The notes below the pieces were generated by a model. The model was not told where the DNA came from and made no database searches. It was given only the letters and a program-made list of their open reading frames with translations. A stretch of 32,000 bases of DNA from positions 7,866 to 39,865 of the forward strand of contig JAJDED010000036.1 in the NCBI GenBank assembly GCA_029259915.1. The letters run 5' to 3'. The translations under genes and the position numbers were made by a program. Positions 16,733-24,905 of this stretch are shown here, piece after piece (within the stretch, counting starts at the first letter, position 1; each line of letters opens with the position of its first letter). The DNA comes from Planctomycetota bacterium (lineage in GTDB: Bacteria; Planctomycetota; Planctomycetia; Pirellulales; Lacipirellulaceae).

Positions 16733-18016
16733 TTGACTGCAAAATCTATTAAACCCGAAGACGGATCATCGCGCAGCCCCGCGAAGGGGATGTCGCTTTC
16801 GCAAGATGCGTGGCGTCGGTTGCGGCGCAATCGCGTGGCCATGCTGTCGCTGTTTACGCTTGGGGCGATTTGTTTGTTGGCGTTTTTCACGCCGTTGTTG
16901 CCGCTGCAAGCGCCGGACCATGCTCAAACCAAACTCCGATATGCAGAGCCCGTCGCCAGCCCACTCTGGTTGCACACCTTCAATCTCGACACCGAGAAAA
17001 TCGCGGCAGCACCTGAAACGATATCTCGCCTTGAATTGGAGTTGCCCGACTTGCAGTTGGCATTTGACAACGCTAAGACAAAGCTCAAACTTGCCGCTAA
17101 GACTCTTTCCAAAGAAGAGACGACCTCCGAGCAAACGGCGTACGACCAGGCCTGGTACGCCTTGCGGCAAAAACAGGGCGAAATCGACGATACGATCCAA
17201 CTCCCCTATCGCAAGCTGGGCTTTGCGCCGCTTGGAGGCTTGAGCCGCTGGATGGTTCGCACTCGGTTTGCGCTGTTTGGCGATCGCAGTTTCAATTCAA
17301 TTTGCGGACGAGACTTGCTGGGCCGCGACATGCTTTCACGGTTGTTTTGGGGTGCGCGAATTTCGTTAATCGTCGGCTTGGTCGCCACGGTTGTTTCGCT
17401 GGCGATCGGCGTCACCTACGGCGCAGTGGCTGGCTATTTTGGCGGATGGGTCGATGATGCGATGATGCGGTTTGTCGATATCCTCTACTCGGTACCTTTT
17501 ATCTTTGTTGTTATTTTCTTGCTCACCATCCTTGGCCAGGAAGACGTTGCCGATGCGCTCGCCGCTTGGGGTATCGACCGGATTACCATTTTCTTTCTCG
17601 TGGTCGGAGCAATCTATTGGCTGACCATGTCGCGTGTGGTGCGCGGACAAGTGATTTCGCTGAAGACCGAACTCTTTGTCGAGTCGGCACGCTCGCTGGG
17701 TGCAGGACAAGCGCGGATTATATTCATGCACTTGCTGCCGAATTTGTTTAGCGTGGTGATCGTGTATCTGACGCTGACCATTCCCCGCGTGATGCTCTTC
17801 GAGGCGTTTCTCTCGTTCCTCGGTTTGGGAGTCGAACCGCCAGACGTTTCCTGGGGCCTGTTGGCCAACGAGGGGATTAAAGTAATCACGCCAGTGAAAA
17901 TCTATTGGTGGCTGATTCTTTTTCCCAGCGTCGCGCTCGGGTCGACGCTACTCGCGCTAAACTTCCTCGGCGACGGACTACGCGACGCACTCGACCCACG
18001 GCTGCGGGATGTTTGA
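16733..18016 (+). CDS. ABC transporter permease (OppC/DppC type) with an enlarged first periplasmic loop
   Basis: The C-terminal 250 aa are typical OppC (YSVPFIFVVIFL, ESARSLGAGQARIIFMHLLPN). A ~120-aa charged, coiled-coil-like insert follows TM1. The TTG start at 16733 is doubtful, and ATG 16790 (MSLSQDAWRRL) is the likely start. Confidence 0.85.
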   Translation: MTAKSIKPEDGSSRSPAKGMSLSQDAWRRLRRNRVAMLSLFTLGAICLLAFFTPLLPLQAPDHAQTKLRYAEPVASPLWLHTFNLDTEKIAAAPETISRLELELPDLQLAFDNAKTKLKLAAKTLSKEETTSEQTAYDQAWYALRQKQGEIDDTIQLPYRKLGFAPLGGLSRWMVRTRFALFGDRSFNSICGRDLLGRDMLSRLFWGARISLIVGLVATVVSLAIGVTYGAVAGYFGGWVDDAMMRFVDILYSVPFIFVVIFLLTILGQEDVADALAAWGIDRITIFFLVVGAIYWLTMSRVVRGQVISLKTELFVESARSLGAGQARIIFMHLLPNLFSVVIVYLTLTIPRVMLFEAFLSFLGLGVEPPDVSWGLLANEGIKVITPVKIYWWLILFPSVALGSTLLALNFLGDGLRDALDPRLRDV

Positions 18017-18026
18017 TGCCAAAAAA

Positions 18027-18090
18027 TGAACAGGAGGTAACAGAGAAAACAGAGGGCTTGATCTCCGTTCTCTCTGTTACCTCCTGTTCA
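18027..18090 (+). terminator. Near-perfect 28-bp-stem hairpin 11 nt after the oppC-like stop (hairpin family member (d)); putative terminator
   Basis: tgaacaggaggtaacagagaaaacagag pairs with ctccgttctctctgttacctcctgttca (26/28 paired) around an 8-nt loop. There is no U-tract. Confidence 0.55.
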
Positions 18091-18131
18091 AATCGTCCTT
18101 CCGCATTCCAAGTTGCATTTGATCAGATTTC

Positions 18132-18372
18132 TACGCCGAAGGCGTTACATACCAAAGCCCAGGGTCGCCGTATAGCGGCGCACCCTGGGTACTTGTTCGC
18201 AAAAAACAAATTACGCCGTAGGTGTTACACACCCGGGAGCAGACGAATTTCTCCACTACTGCGTTTACGATTGTTTAACACCTACGGCGTAATCGATTCT
18301 TTGGTTGATCGTTACCCAGGGTGCGCGGCTGCGCCGCGACCCTGGGCTGTGGTGTAAAACGCCTTCGGCGTA
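18132..18372. repeat. Nested inverted-repeat element (~240 bp; MITE-like or structured RNA)
   Basis: The outer 60-nt arms (18132-18191 / 18313-18372) are 51/60 complementary, and each contains its own cccagggt...accctggg hairpin. The inner 18-nt arms (18210-18227 / 18275-18292) are perfect. The motif ACGCCGWAGGYGTTA occurs 4 times (2 direct, 2 inverted). Confidence 0.8.
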
Positions 18373-18385
18373 ATTAAATGCCGGG

Positions 18386-19777
18386 TTATTCTTGACCCGT
18401 TCCTAAGAGCTCGAGTGCCACTGCGGCCAGGGTCGTGACTCCTGTGACGATAGTTTTTTCTGGGTCGGGATAGAATTTTGGGGAATGTAGCGACGGGGGT
18501 GGTACGCCCTGCCGCTTGTATTCGTCGAGCCGCTGGGGATCGACGGCTCCCAGTTTGAGCATCGCTATCGGCACGCCGGCGCGGCCGATGCGTCCAAAAT
18601 CTTCGCCGCCCATCGTCGGCTGCACCTCTCGCACGTTTTCTTTTTCTAAAACGCGCTCCAGCGCCGATACCACTCGGCCGGTCAACTGAGGATCGTTGAA
18701 TAGCGCGGGGGTCCCTTCCGAAACAGAAATCTCCGGTTCCGGGGCGTCAGCGCTTGCTGCCGAAGCCATTGCTTTACGCTTGATGGCATCGATCAGCTGT
18801 TTACGCACTTTGGGACTGTAGCTGCGTACCGTGAGCTGCAATTCGCACGTATCGCCGATGATGTTGTGTTTCGTACCGCCGTGGATCGAGCCGACCGTAA
18901 TCACGGCAGGTTCTATCGGTTCGATTTCGCGGCTGACGATTGCTTGCAGGTCGATCACCAAGCGTGAGGCAATCACCACCGGGTCGACCGTCGTGTGAGG
19001 ATACGCGCCATGGCCGCCTCGACCGCGAACTGTAATGTCCACACTGTCGACGTTTGCCATCGCATAGCCGTCCCGATAACCTACCGTACCGGCAGCTTCG
19101 TCTGCGGCAACATGCAAGGCAAAAGCAAAATCGGGACGTGGAAATCGTTTCAACAATCCGGCCTCAAGCATCGCCTTGGCGCCTGCTCCGCGTTCTTCAG
19201 CCGGTTGGAAAACGGCCACAATCGTTCCCTTCCACAACTCGCGATGCCCGACCAAAAAACAAATCGCTCCGATCAGATTGGTCATGTGCATGTCGTGCCC
19301 GCAGGCGTGCATTACGCCCACAGTCGCCCCACGGTCGTCGCGTACTCGCACCGCAGACGCGTAGGGAAGTCCGGTCTCCTCGGCGACGGGCAGTGCGTCC
19401 ATGTCCGCTCGCAACAGCAGCGTTTTGCCAGGGCCGTTTTCCAGCACCCCGACCACGCCGAATCCTCCGATGTGCTCGGTCACAGTGAGCCCCAATTCAC
19501 GCAGTTCCGCAGCCATGCGTTGCGAAGTTTTTTCTTCGTGAAAGGAAAGCTCGGGAGCCTGATGCAAGTCTTTGTAAATCTGGGTAAGCTGTGGTGCCTG
19601 CTGCTGAGCCCAGTTTTGTGCGGTTTCAAAAGTCTCTGCCAAAGCCACTGGCGACGTAACCATAAGTGCCATAAGCACCCCGGCGGTGTGGGCGAATGCC
19701 TCGGTGAAAAAGTCGGATTTTTTTCGTGTCGATCGCTTGGTGGCGGGGCGAAATCTTGTTACATTTCCAGCATTCAT
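18386..19777 (-). CDS. M20D-family amidohydrolase (aminoacylase/hippurate-hydrolase type), secreted
   Basis: MHACGHDMH, FQPAEERGAGA and GGEDF are present, with an N-terminal signal-like segment (AGVLMALMVTSPVALA). Confidence 0.9.
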   Translation of the reverse strand: MNAGNVTRFRPATKRSTRKKSDFFTEAFAHTAGVLMALMVTSPVALAETFETAQNWAQQQAPQLTQIYKDLHQAPELSFHEEKTSQRMAAELRELGLTVTEHIGGFGVVGVLENGPGKTLLLRADMDALPVAEETGLPYASAVRVRDDRGATVGVMHACGHDMHMTNLIGAICFLVGHRELWKGTIVAVFQPAEERGAGAKAMLEAGLLKRFPRPDFAFALHVAADEAAGTVGYRDGYAMANVDSVDITVRGRGGHGAYPHTTVDPVVIASRLVIDLQAIVSREIEPIEPAVITVGSIHGGTKHNIIGDTCELQLTVRSYSPKVRKQLIDAIKRKAMASAASADAPEPEISVSEGTPALFNDPQLTGRVVSALERVLEKENVREVQPTMGGEDFGRIGRAGVPIAMLKLGAVDPQRLDEYKRQGVPPPSLHSPKFYPDPEKTIVTGVTTLAAVALELLGTGQE

Positions 19778-19839
19778 ACTCTTGCTCTTTTCATTGAGTC
19801 GTTCCGATGGTCATTCGTTCGGAACGGCTCATTTTTTTG

Positions 19840-20469
19840 TTACTGTTTTTCTGTCGCCGCTTTCCAATCGCCCTTTGTTGCGAGTGTCACCAATTTCGGG
19901 ACAATTGCCCGCATTGCTCGGGCACGGTGACTCAGGGCTGACTTCACGCGTGAGCCCAACTCGCCAAATGTGCGGTGCATCTCGATGATTTCGAACAGCG
20001 GGTCGTAACCGAAGCCGTTGCTGCCGGCTGGTTCGGTGCGAATACGTCCCCGGCAGATGCCCGAGCTTTCGGCGCGGATTTCACCCGTGGGGTCCGCGAC
20101 CGCAACGTGACATGCGTAGTGAGCGCCCCGTTTATTCGCAGGCACTTCGCTGAGTTCGTCGAGCAACTTGGCGTTGTTCGACTGATTCGTTGCGTTGTCG
20201 CCAGAAAAACGTGCGGAGTAAATTCCGGGGGCACCGTCCAAGGCGTCGGCTTCCAACCCGCTATCGTCAGCCAATACCCAGCACCCCAAATGCCGAGCTT
20301 GCTCGCTTGCCTTGAGCCGAGCATTGGCTGCGAACGAATCGCCTGTTTCCTCGACGTCGAGAGGATCGTCGACATCCTGCAAAGTACGTACAGTAAAACC
20401 ATGCGGAGCCAATAATTCCGCAAGCTCGCGACCTTTGTCTCGATTTGTGGTGCCGATTACTAAATGCAT
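19840..20469 (-). CDS. rdgB: RdgB/HAM1-family non-canonical purine NTP pyrophosphatase
   Basis: IGTTNRDKGRE, ETGDSFAANARLKA, DDSGLEADALDGAPGIYSARF and GFGYDPLF are present. Confidence 0.9.
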   Translation of the reverse strand: MHLVIGTTNRDKGRELAELLAPHGFTVRTLQDVDDPLDVEETGDSFAANARLKASEQARHLGCWVLADDSGLEADALDGAPGIYSARFSGDNATNQSNNAKLLDELSEVPANKRGAHYACHVAVADPTGEIRAESSGICRGRIRTEPAGSNGFGYDPLFEIIEMHRTFGELGSRVKSALSHRARAMRAIVPKLVTLATKGDWKAATEKQ

Positions 20470-20594
20470 AAGATGTGAGAAAATTAGATGTTAGAAGGCA
20501 GAAGTAAGATGAGAGAAGCGACGACCACCACCGGTCTTTTCGCTTCTTCCTTCTGACATCTTACTTCTTACTTTCCCCTTCTTACATCTCACTT
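20470..20594. repeat. Long imperfect low-complexity hairpin, family member (e)
   Basis: The purine-rich arm (aagatgtgagaaaattagatgttagaaggcagaagtaagatgagagaagcga) pairs with the pyrimidine-rich arm (tcgcttcttccttctgacatcttacttcttactttccccttcttacatctcactt). It fills the whole gap between two minus-strand genes. Confidence 0.75.
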
Positions 20595-20602
20595 CTCTTT
20601 TG

Positions 20603-21823
20603 TCAATTGCGGGCGTAGGCGGCGCTGATCGAGCGGCGGGGGACAAGCACCGGCTGGGGATAGATATCGAACGGCAGTCCGACAAACCGCTTGGGATGAA
20701 ATCCCTCGGCAACTTTCCCATGCGAATTGGTGAAAAGTGTCTCGAAACGCTGCTTCTGCAACTGTTCCCGACGCTGGTCTTCGAGAGCCGGGCGGTTGAA
20801 AACGTTGTTGGGCGAGGTTGCTCCAAACGTGTTGAAAATAATTCGCGCATCCCGACTATCAAGAATCACGCGCCCGTCGGGGAGCGTTTTTCCATCGTCG
20901 AACGATCCGACGGCAACATAGCTTTCGTGCCGGTCGTGGAATTCGTAGGCATCCCAACCTTTTTCACGCAGTGCGACCGCGAGCAAATGGGCATTGTGCG
21001 CGGCGACGACCAAGGGCTCGTCTTCTTTCGCCTTGCGAGTACGGGCTTGTTGCGACTTGTCGGAAGCACCTTGCAACGTGGATCGGCCTCGGAATGTTGC
21101 TACCCGAATCGAATACTTTCCCGCACATTTCATCAGCGAGTGGTCCAAACCTTGGTTCCACTTGGCAACGTCTTCGTCGACACCCTGCGGTGCAAAGTAC
21201 TCGCGCGGAAGTAGCGGATTACGGGTCATAAACGCGTGGCCCATGGGGCCTTTGTCTTCGTTTTTGCCAAGCTTCTTCTGCACAAAGTCGTGGAACTGTC
21301 GCACCGTGGCCAGACTTTGCGTTGTTTCTTTTCCATCTTCGGTGGCCAGCGACGCCGGCTGGAGGTGCTTGATCTTCTTCAGCAATCGCTGCGCCTCGGG
21401 ATCGTCAATCGCAGGGAACTCGCCCACGAGTACCGCATGTTCAATAACCCGCTCGCCCCGTTTGTACCGACGCTTGATCGGCGCACCGTAGCCGTCGATA
21501 CCACGTCCGGGGTTTGCTCCATCCAATTCAAAAGTCATTCCGTAATAGTACGAAGGCAGGTGGAATTCACTGCGAAGCTCCAACACCAAATCGCGCGCCT
21601 GATTTTCTCCCTCGGGACCAGAAAACGAAGCGGCCAAAACCAGCCACGGGCCCTGATCTTCGGTAAGTGTGTAATCGGCGCTGGCATCGGCGGAAATATG
21701 TTTTTGGGGGACGAGTTGCTTCCACAGCGGCTCGGCAGCTTGGGCTGTAGAACCGCAGTGGACAAGCGGAGTGATTAGCAACAGCACAAGCGATAAACGG
21801 TGCATAGAATGCAAACGGTGCAT
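20603..21823 (-). CDS. Secreted hypothetical protein (two possible SPOR-like alpha/beta modules)
   Basis: The signal peptide is MHRL(HSMHRL)SLVLLLITPLVHCGSTAQA. The start is ambiguous (21823, 21805 or the ORF-track 21895) because an 18-bp tandem duplication repeats the ATG. No confident family assignment. Confidence 0.6.
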   Translation of the reverse strand: MHRLHSMHRLSLVLLLITPLVHCGSTAQAAEPLWKQLVPQKHISADASADYTLTEDQGPWLVLAASFSGPEGENQARDLVLELRSEFHLPSYYYGMTFELDGANPGRGIDGYGAPIKRRYKRGERVIEHAVLVGEFPAIDDPEAQRLLKKIKHLQPASLATEDGKETTQSLATVRQFHDFVQKKLGKNEDKGPMGHAFMTRNPLLPREYFAPQGVDEDVAKWNQGLDHSLMKCAGKYSIRVATFRGRSTLQGASDKSQQARTRKAKEDEPLVVAAHNAHLLAVALREKGWDAYEFHDRHESYVAVGSFDDGKTLPDGRVILDSRDARIIFNTFGATSPNNVFNRPALEDQRREQLQKQRFETLFTNSHGKVAEGFHPKRFVGLPFDIYPQPVLVPRRSISAAYARN

Positions 21824-22165
21824 AGAAAGAGAATCTCCACAGAGAGCTTGGATTTTCGTGTGTTCGGCAATTTTTGCAGGCGGGGAAAGTAGCAAATGGT
21901 CCCCCAGGTAACCAGATCAGGTTAGAACCAAACTCCGTGCAGCATGCCACTGTCTGGTCCACCACGGCGGTGGAACCCGTCGAAACCCCAAATAGCCAGA
22001 AGATGCCCGCTAGCAGCCAATTTTCAGTCGATCAGCCCTTTTCTCCCAAGAATCTCACACGCCCGGCGAATAGCCTGCCAAGGGTTGAATAAGGTAAGAT
22101 GGGAAAGGCAGAGATTTCACTTTGATCTGCCTCACAATTCTTCATTCCTGAGGGGGGTGGCTATC

Positions 22166-24052
22166 ATGACGAACTCCGAAAAATATTTTCTTAAGGTCTG
22201 GCTAGTTGCAGTGGTTTGCCTGGTGGGCGGACAACTATTCGACAGCTCACTGGCCATTGCCGAGGAAACCGTCGCAACGAAATCAGAACAAAAGAACGGC
22301 GAAAAAAAATCTGCTGAAGACGAAAAGAAAACCACGGAAACCGCGAAAGCTGTGAAGCCCAAGAAAGTACGCTTGGCCCACATTACGATTAAGGGCAAAC
22401 TCCCCGAGTCGCCCGGCCAAATGACGCTGTTCGGCGATTTGGGAATCGACTTGCGGAAAACCATCGCCCGGTTCGACAAAGCAGCCAAAGACGACAAAAT
22501 CGCCGCGGTCGTTCTGGAGATTCGTCCGGCAGCTTTATCGCGCGGCAAACTCAACGAACTGCGCGCAGCAGTAGGCCGGGTCCGGGCAGCGGGCAAAAAA
22601 GTTTACGCCCAAACCGAAACAGCCATCGGCAGCCAGTTTTTGCTGGCAACCGCCTGCGATGAAATCGTGATGCCCGAGGCCGCCATGATTCTTATTCCCG
22701 GCGTGCGTGCCGAAGTGGCTTACTACAAAGAGATGCTAGGAAAACTGGGCATCGAAGCCGACATGATGCACGTGGGCGATTACAAAGGTGCGGCCGAACC
22801 GCTTACGCGCACCAACATGAGCGAACCGGTCAAAAAAAATCTGACTGCGCTCGTCGACGATCTGTACGATCAAATTGTGACAACTATCGCCGCCGATCGG
22901 CAATTGCAAGTTGACGAAGTGCGGGCAAGCATCGATCAAGGTTTGCTCACGGCAACCCAAGCCAAGCAGGCAGGACTGATTGATCGCGTGGCGTATCCCG
23001 ATGCGTTTCGCGAACATCTCTCGCAGCAATTCGACACGAAGGATCTGGTTTATGTGCTGAATTACGGCAAGAAGAAACACGACACCGACTTCTCCGGACC
23101 GATGGGTATGTTGAAACTCTTTCAAGCCGTCATCGGCGCTGCCGCAGGGGACGGCGATGAGAAGGGTCCCAAAATCGCCGTGGTTTACGCCGTCGGGCCG
23201 ATCATGTCTGGCAAGAGCGAGCGCGGAGCGTTCGGCGGAAACTCGATGGGTTCCGACACGATTGTCGAGGCGCTTCGCAAAGCGGCTGATAATGAAAACG
23301 TCAAAGCGATTGTGTTACGCATCAACAGCCCCGGCGGATCCGCATTGGCCAGCGACATGATTTGGCGGGCCACCCAAGCGATCGACAAACCGATCGTCGC
23401 CAGCATGGGCGACGTCGCAGCCAGCGGCGGATATTACATCGCGATGGGGGCCGACCGGATTGTCGCCGAGCCGGGCACGATTACCGGTTCGATCGGTGTC
23501 GTTGGCGGCAAGCTAAACATGGGCGGTCTGTTTGGGAAAATCGGGATCACGACCGACATCATCAGCCGCGGTAAAAACAGCGGAATGTTTTCGTCGACCT
23601 CCAACTTCAGCGAAAGCGAACGGCAAGTGGTGAGCGACATGATGCACGATATCTATCGGATATTTACAGAAAAAGCCGCGGCGGGTCGCAACATGCCTTT
23701 GGAAAAGCTCGAGTCGCTCGCCGGCGGACAGGTTTACACTGGTCGCGTGGCAAAACGCAACGGATTGGTCGACGAATTAGGAACTTTGAAGGATGCCATC
23801 CAGACGGCCAAAAGACTTGCCGGAATCGATTCGGAGAAGAAGGTGAAGCTTGAAATTTTCCCCGAACCTGAGAATCCGTTCGAAAAACTACTAGGAGCCG
23901 ATCTCGACGCGGAGCGCGAGGCGAAGCTGCTCGCAAGTATCGGACAGATCGTGCCGGAGTTTTCCGCGCCCATGCGCCGAGCAATCCAATTGAGCAAAAT
24001 TCTCCGCGAACCGGTCGCGCTGATGATGCCCTATTGGGTCGAAATCAAGTGA
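22166..24052 (+). CDS. sppA: Signal peptide peptidase SppA, 67K type (two S49 domains)
   Basis: A tandem S49 architecture: first domain AAVVLEIRPAALSRG..., second domain KAIVLRINSPGGSALASD and GDVAASGGYYIAMGAD (Ser nucleophile region). The ATG at 22166 is preceded by GAGGGGGG and followed by a TM anchor. The ORF-track start at 21944 is unlikely. Confidence 0.9.
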   Translation: MTNSEKYFLKVWLVAVVCLVGGQLFDSSLAIAEETVATKSEQKNGEKKSAEDEKKTTETAKAVKPKKVRLAHITIKGKLPESPGQMTLFGDLGIDLRKTIARFDKAAKDDKIAAVVLEIRPAALSRGKLNELRAAVGRVRAAGKKVYAQTETAIGSQFLLATACDEIVMPEAAMILIPGVRAEVAYYKEMLGKLGIEADMMHVGDYKGAAEPLTRTNMSEPVKKNLTALVDDLYDQIVTTIAADRQLQVDEVRASIDQGLLTATQAKQAGLIDRVAYPDAFREHLSQQFDTKDLVYVLNYGKKKHDTDFSGPMGMLKLFQAVIGAAAGDGDEKGPKIAVVYAVGPIMSGKSERGAFGGNSMGSDTIVEALRKAADNENVKAIVLRINSPGGSALASDMIWRATQAIDKPIVASMGDVAASGGYYIAMGADRIVAEPGTITGSIGVVGGKLNMGGLFGKIGITTDIISRGKNSGMFSSTSNFSESERQVVSDMMHDIYRIFTEKAAAGRNMPLEKLESLAGGQVYTGRVAKRNGLVDELGTLKDAIQTAKRLAGIDSEKKVKLEIFPEPENPFEKLLGADLDAEREAKLLASIGQIVPEFSAPMRRAIQLSKILREPVALMMPYWVEIK

Positions 24053-24060
24053 CCGAGAGG

Positions 24061-24132
24061 AAATGACGAATGACGAAATACCCCATGACGAAGAACCCAG
24101 AAAAATGTTTCGTCATTCGTCATTCGTCATTT
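24061..24132. repeat. Hairpin built from tandem 7-nt gacgaat units, family member (f)
   Basis: aaatgacgaatgacgaaa (24061-) pairs with tttcgtcattcgtcattcgtcattt (24108-24132). It lies between the convergent sppA and NUDIX genes, and its right arm overlaps the NUDIX 3' end. Confidence 0.8.
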
Positions 24133-24646
24133 TCATACGGTCCCAACGTAGGATGCCCACAAGCGATTTGGCGTCCTCGATTTCTCCCCGCTCGGCCATG
24201 GCGACCGCTTCGTCCCAGGGAACGATCAAGTTTTCGATTTCTTCGCCCGCCTCGCGCGCCGAGGGGCCTGCGGTCAGTCCCTCGGCAACAAACAGATGCA
24301 TCCGCTCGTTGAGAATTCCCGGCGACATAAAAAACTGCGGCAACTCGCGCCAGTTGCTGGCGGTGAATCCCGTTTCTTCTTGGAGTTCTCGCGCAGCGGT
24401 GACCGAGGGATGTTCGTCGGGGTTGATTGTCCCTGCGGGTAATTCGATCAATGTTTTGCCGACGGCAATGCGATAATTGCGAATCAAACAAACGCGATCC
24501 CCTTCGAGCAACGGCAAAATCGTCACGGCTCCGGGATGGACGACCACCTGTCGTCTCATCTCCGGTTGGTTTAGTGCCGTGGGCAAGATATGTTCTTCCA
24601 CACGAAAACGAGCGGTGGTTAACAACGTGTTGGGAGCTTGTGCCAT
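24113..24646 (-). CDS. NUDIX hydrolase (ADP-ribose pyrophosphatase-like)
   Basis: A perfect Nudix box, GTINPDEHPSVTAARELQEETGF (GX5EX7REUXEEXGU). The ATG at 24646 (MAQAPNTLL...) is preferred over the ORF-track start at 24727. Confidence 0.9.
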   Translation of the reverse strand: MAQAPNTLLTTARFRVEEHILPTALNQPEMRRQVVVHPGAVTILPLLEGDRVCLIRNYRIAVGKTLIELPAGTINPDEHPSVTAARELQEETGFTASNWRELPQFFMSPGILNERMHLFVAEGLTAGPSAREAGEEIENLIVPWDEAVAMAERGEIEDAKSLVGILRWDRMKMTNDE

Positions 24647-24905
24647 GGAGGGGGTCGCCTTTCCTTTCAGAAAGAAAATCGATGAAACAAATAACAAAAG
24701 CAGCTGAGAAGTGGGCAAGAATCGCATCGAACTGCTCGTTTTTCGCAGTGCATTCTATCAGGTTTGCCGAATTCATCGGTCGTTGTTAAGATAATAAAAT
24801 CGGGTGTTTGCGCAACTGGTGCGATCGATTTAGCGGGTTTCCGTTGGATGGATTTCACTCTCTCCACTCCATAGACCGCATGGTCATTTATCTGATTGAG
24901 TCGGC

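Noticed and set aside
17905-18357. 150-aa + ORF spanning the oppC 3' end, the hairpin and the nested inverted-repeat element.
   Set aside because: The reading frame runs through palindromic repeat DNA in which both arms are 'translated'. There is no start context and no protein-like composition.
19801-19838. A 7-bp hairpin (gttccga/tcggaac) followed by a T7 run, resembling an intrinsic terminator on the + strand.
   Set aside because: No + strand gene ends upstream, because both flanking genes are on the minus strand. On the minus strand the U-tract would precede the stem, so it is not a terminator in this orientation. It may be coincidental.
18995-19930. 311-aa + ORF antisense to the M20D amidohydrolase.
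   Set aside because: A shadow ORF. The M20D frame has diagnostic motifs.
8231-24132. Possibility that the short sub-repeats (cacggag, aacagag, gacgaat, etc.) represent CRISPR arrays or coding tandem repeats.
   Set aside because: The units are 7-10 nt and directly adjacent, with no spacers. They are mirrored by a complementary arm, so they form hairpins. No cas genes are present. Only the 24108-24132 arm overlaps a CDS.
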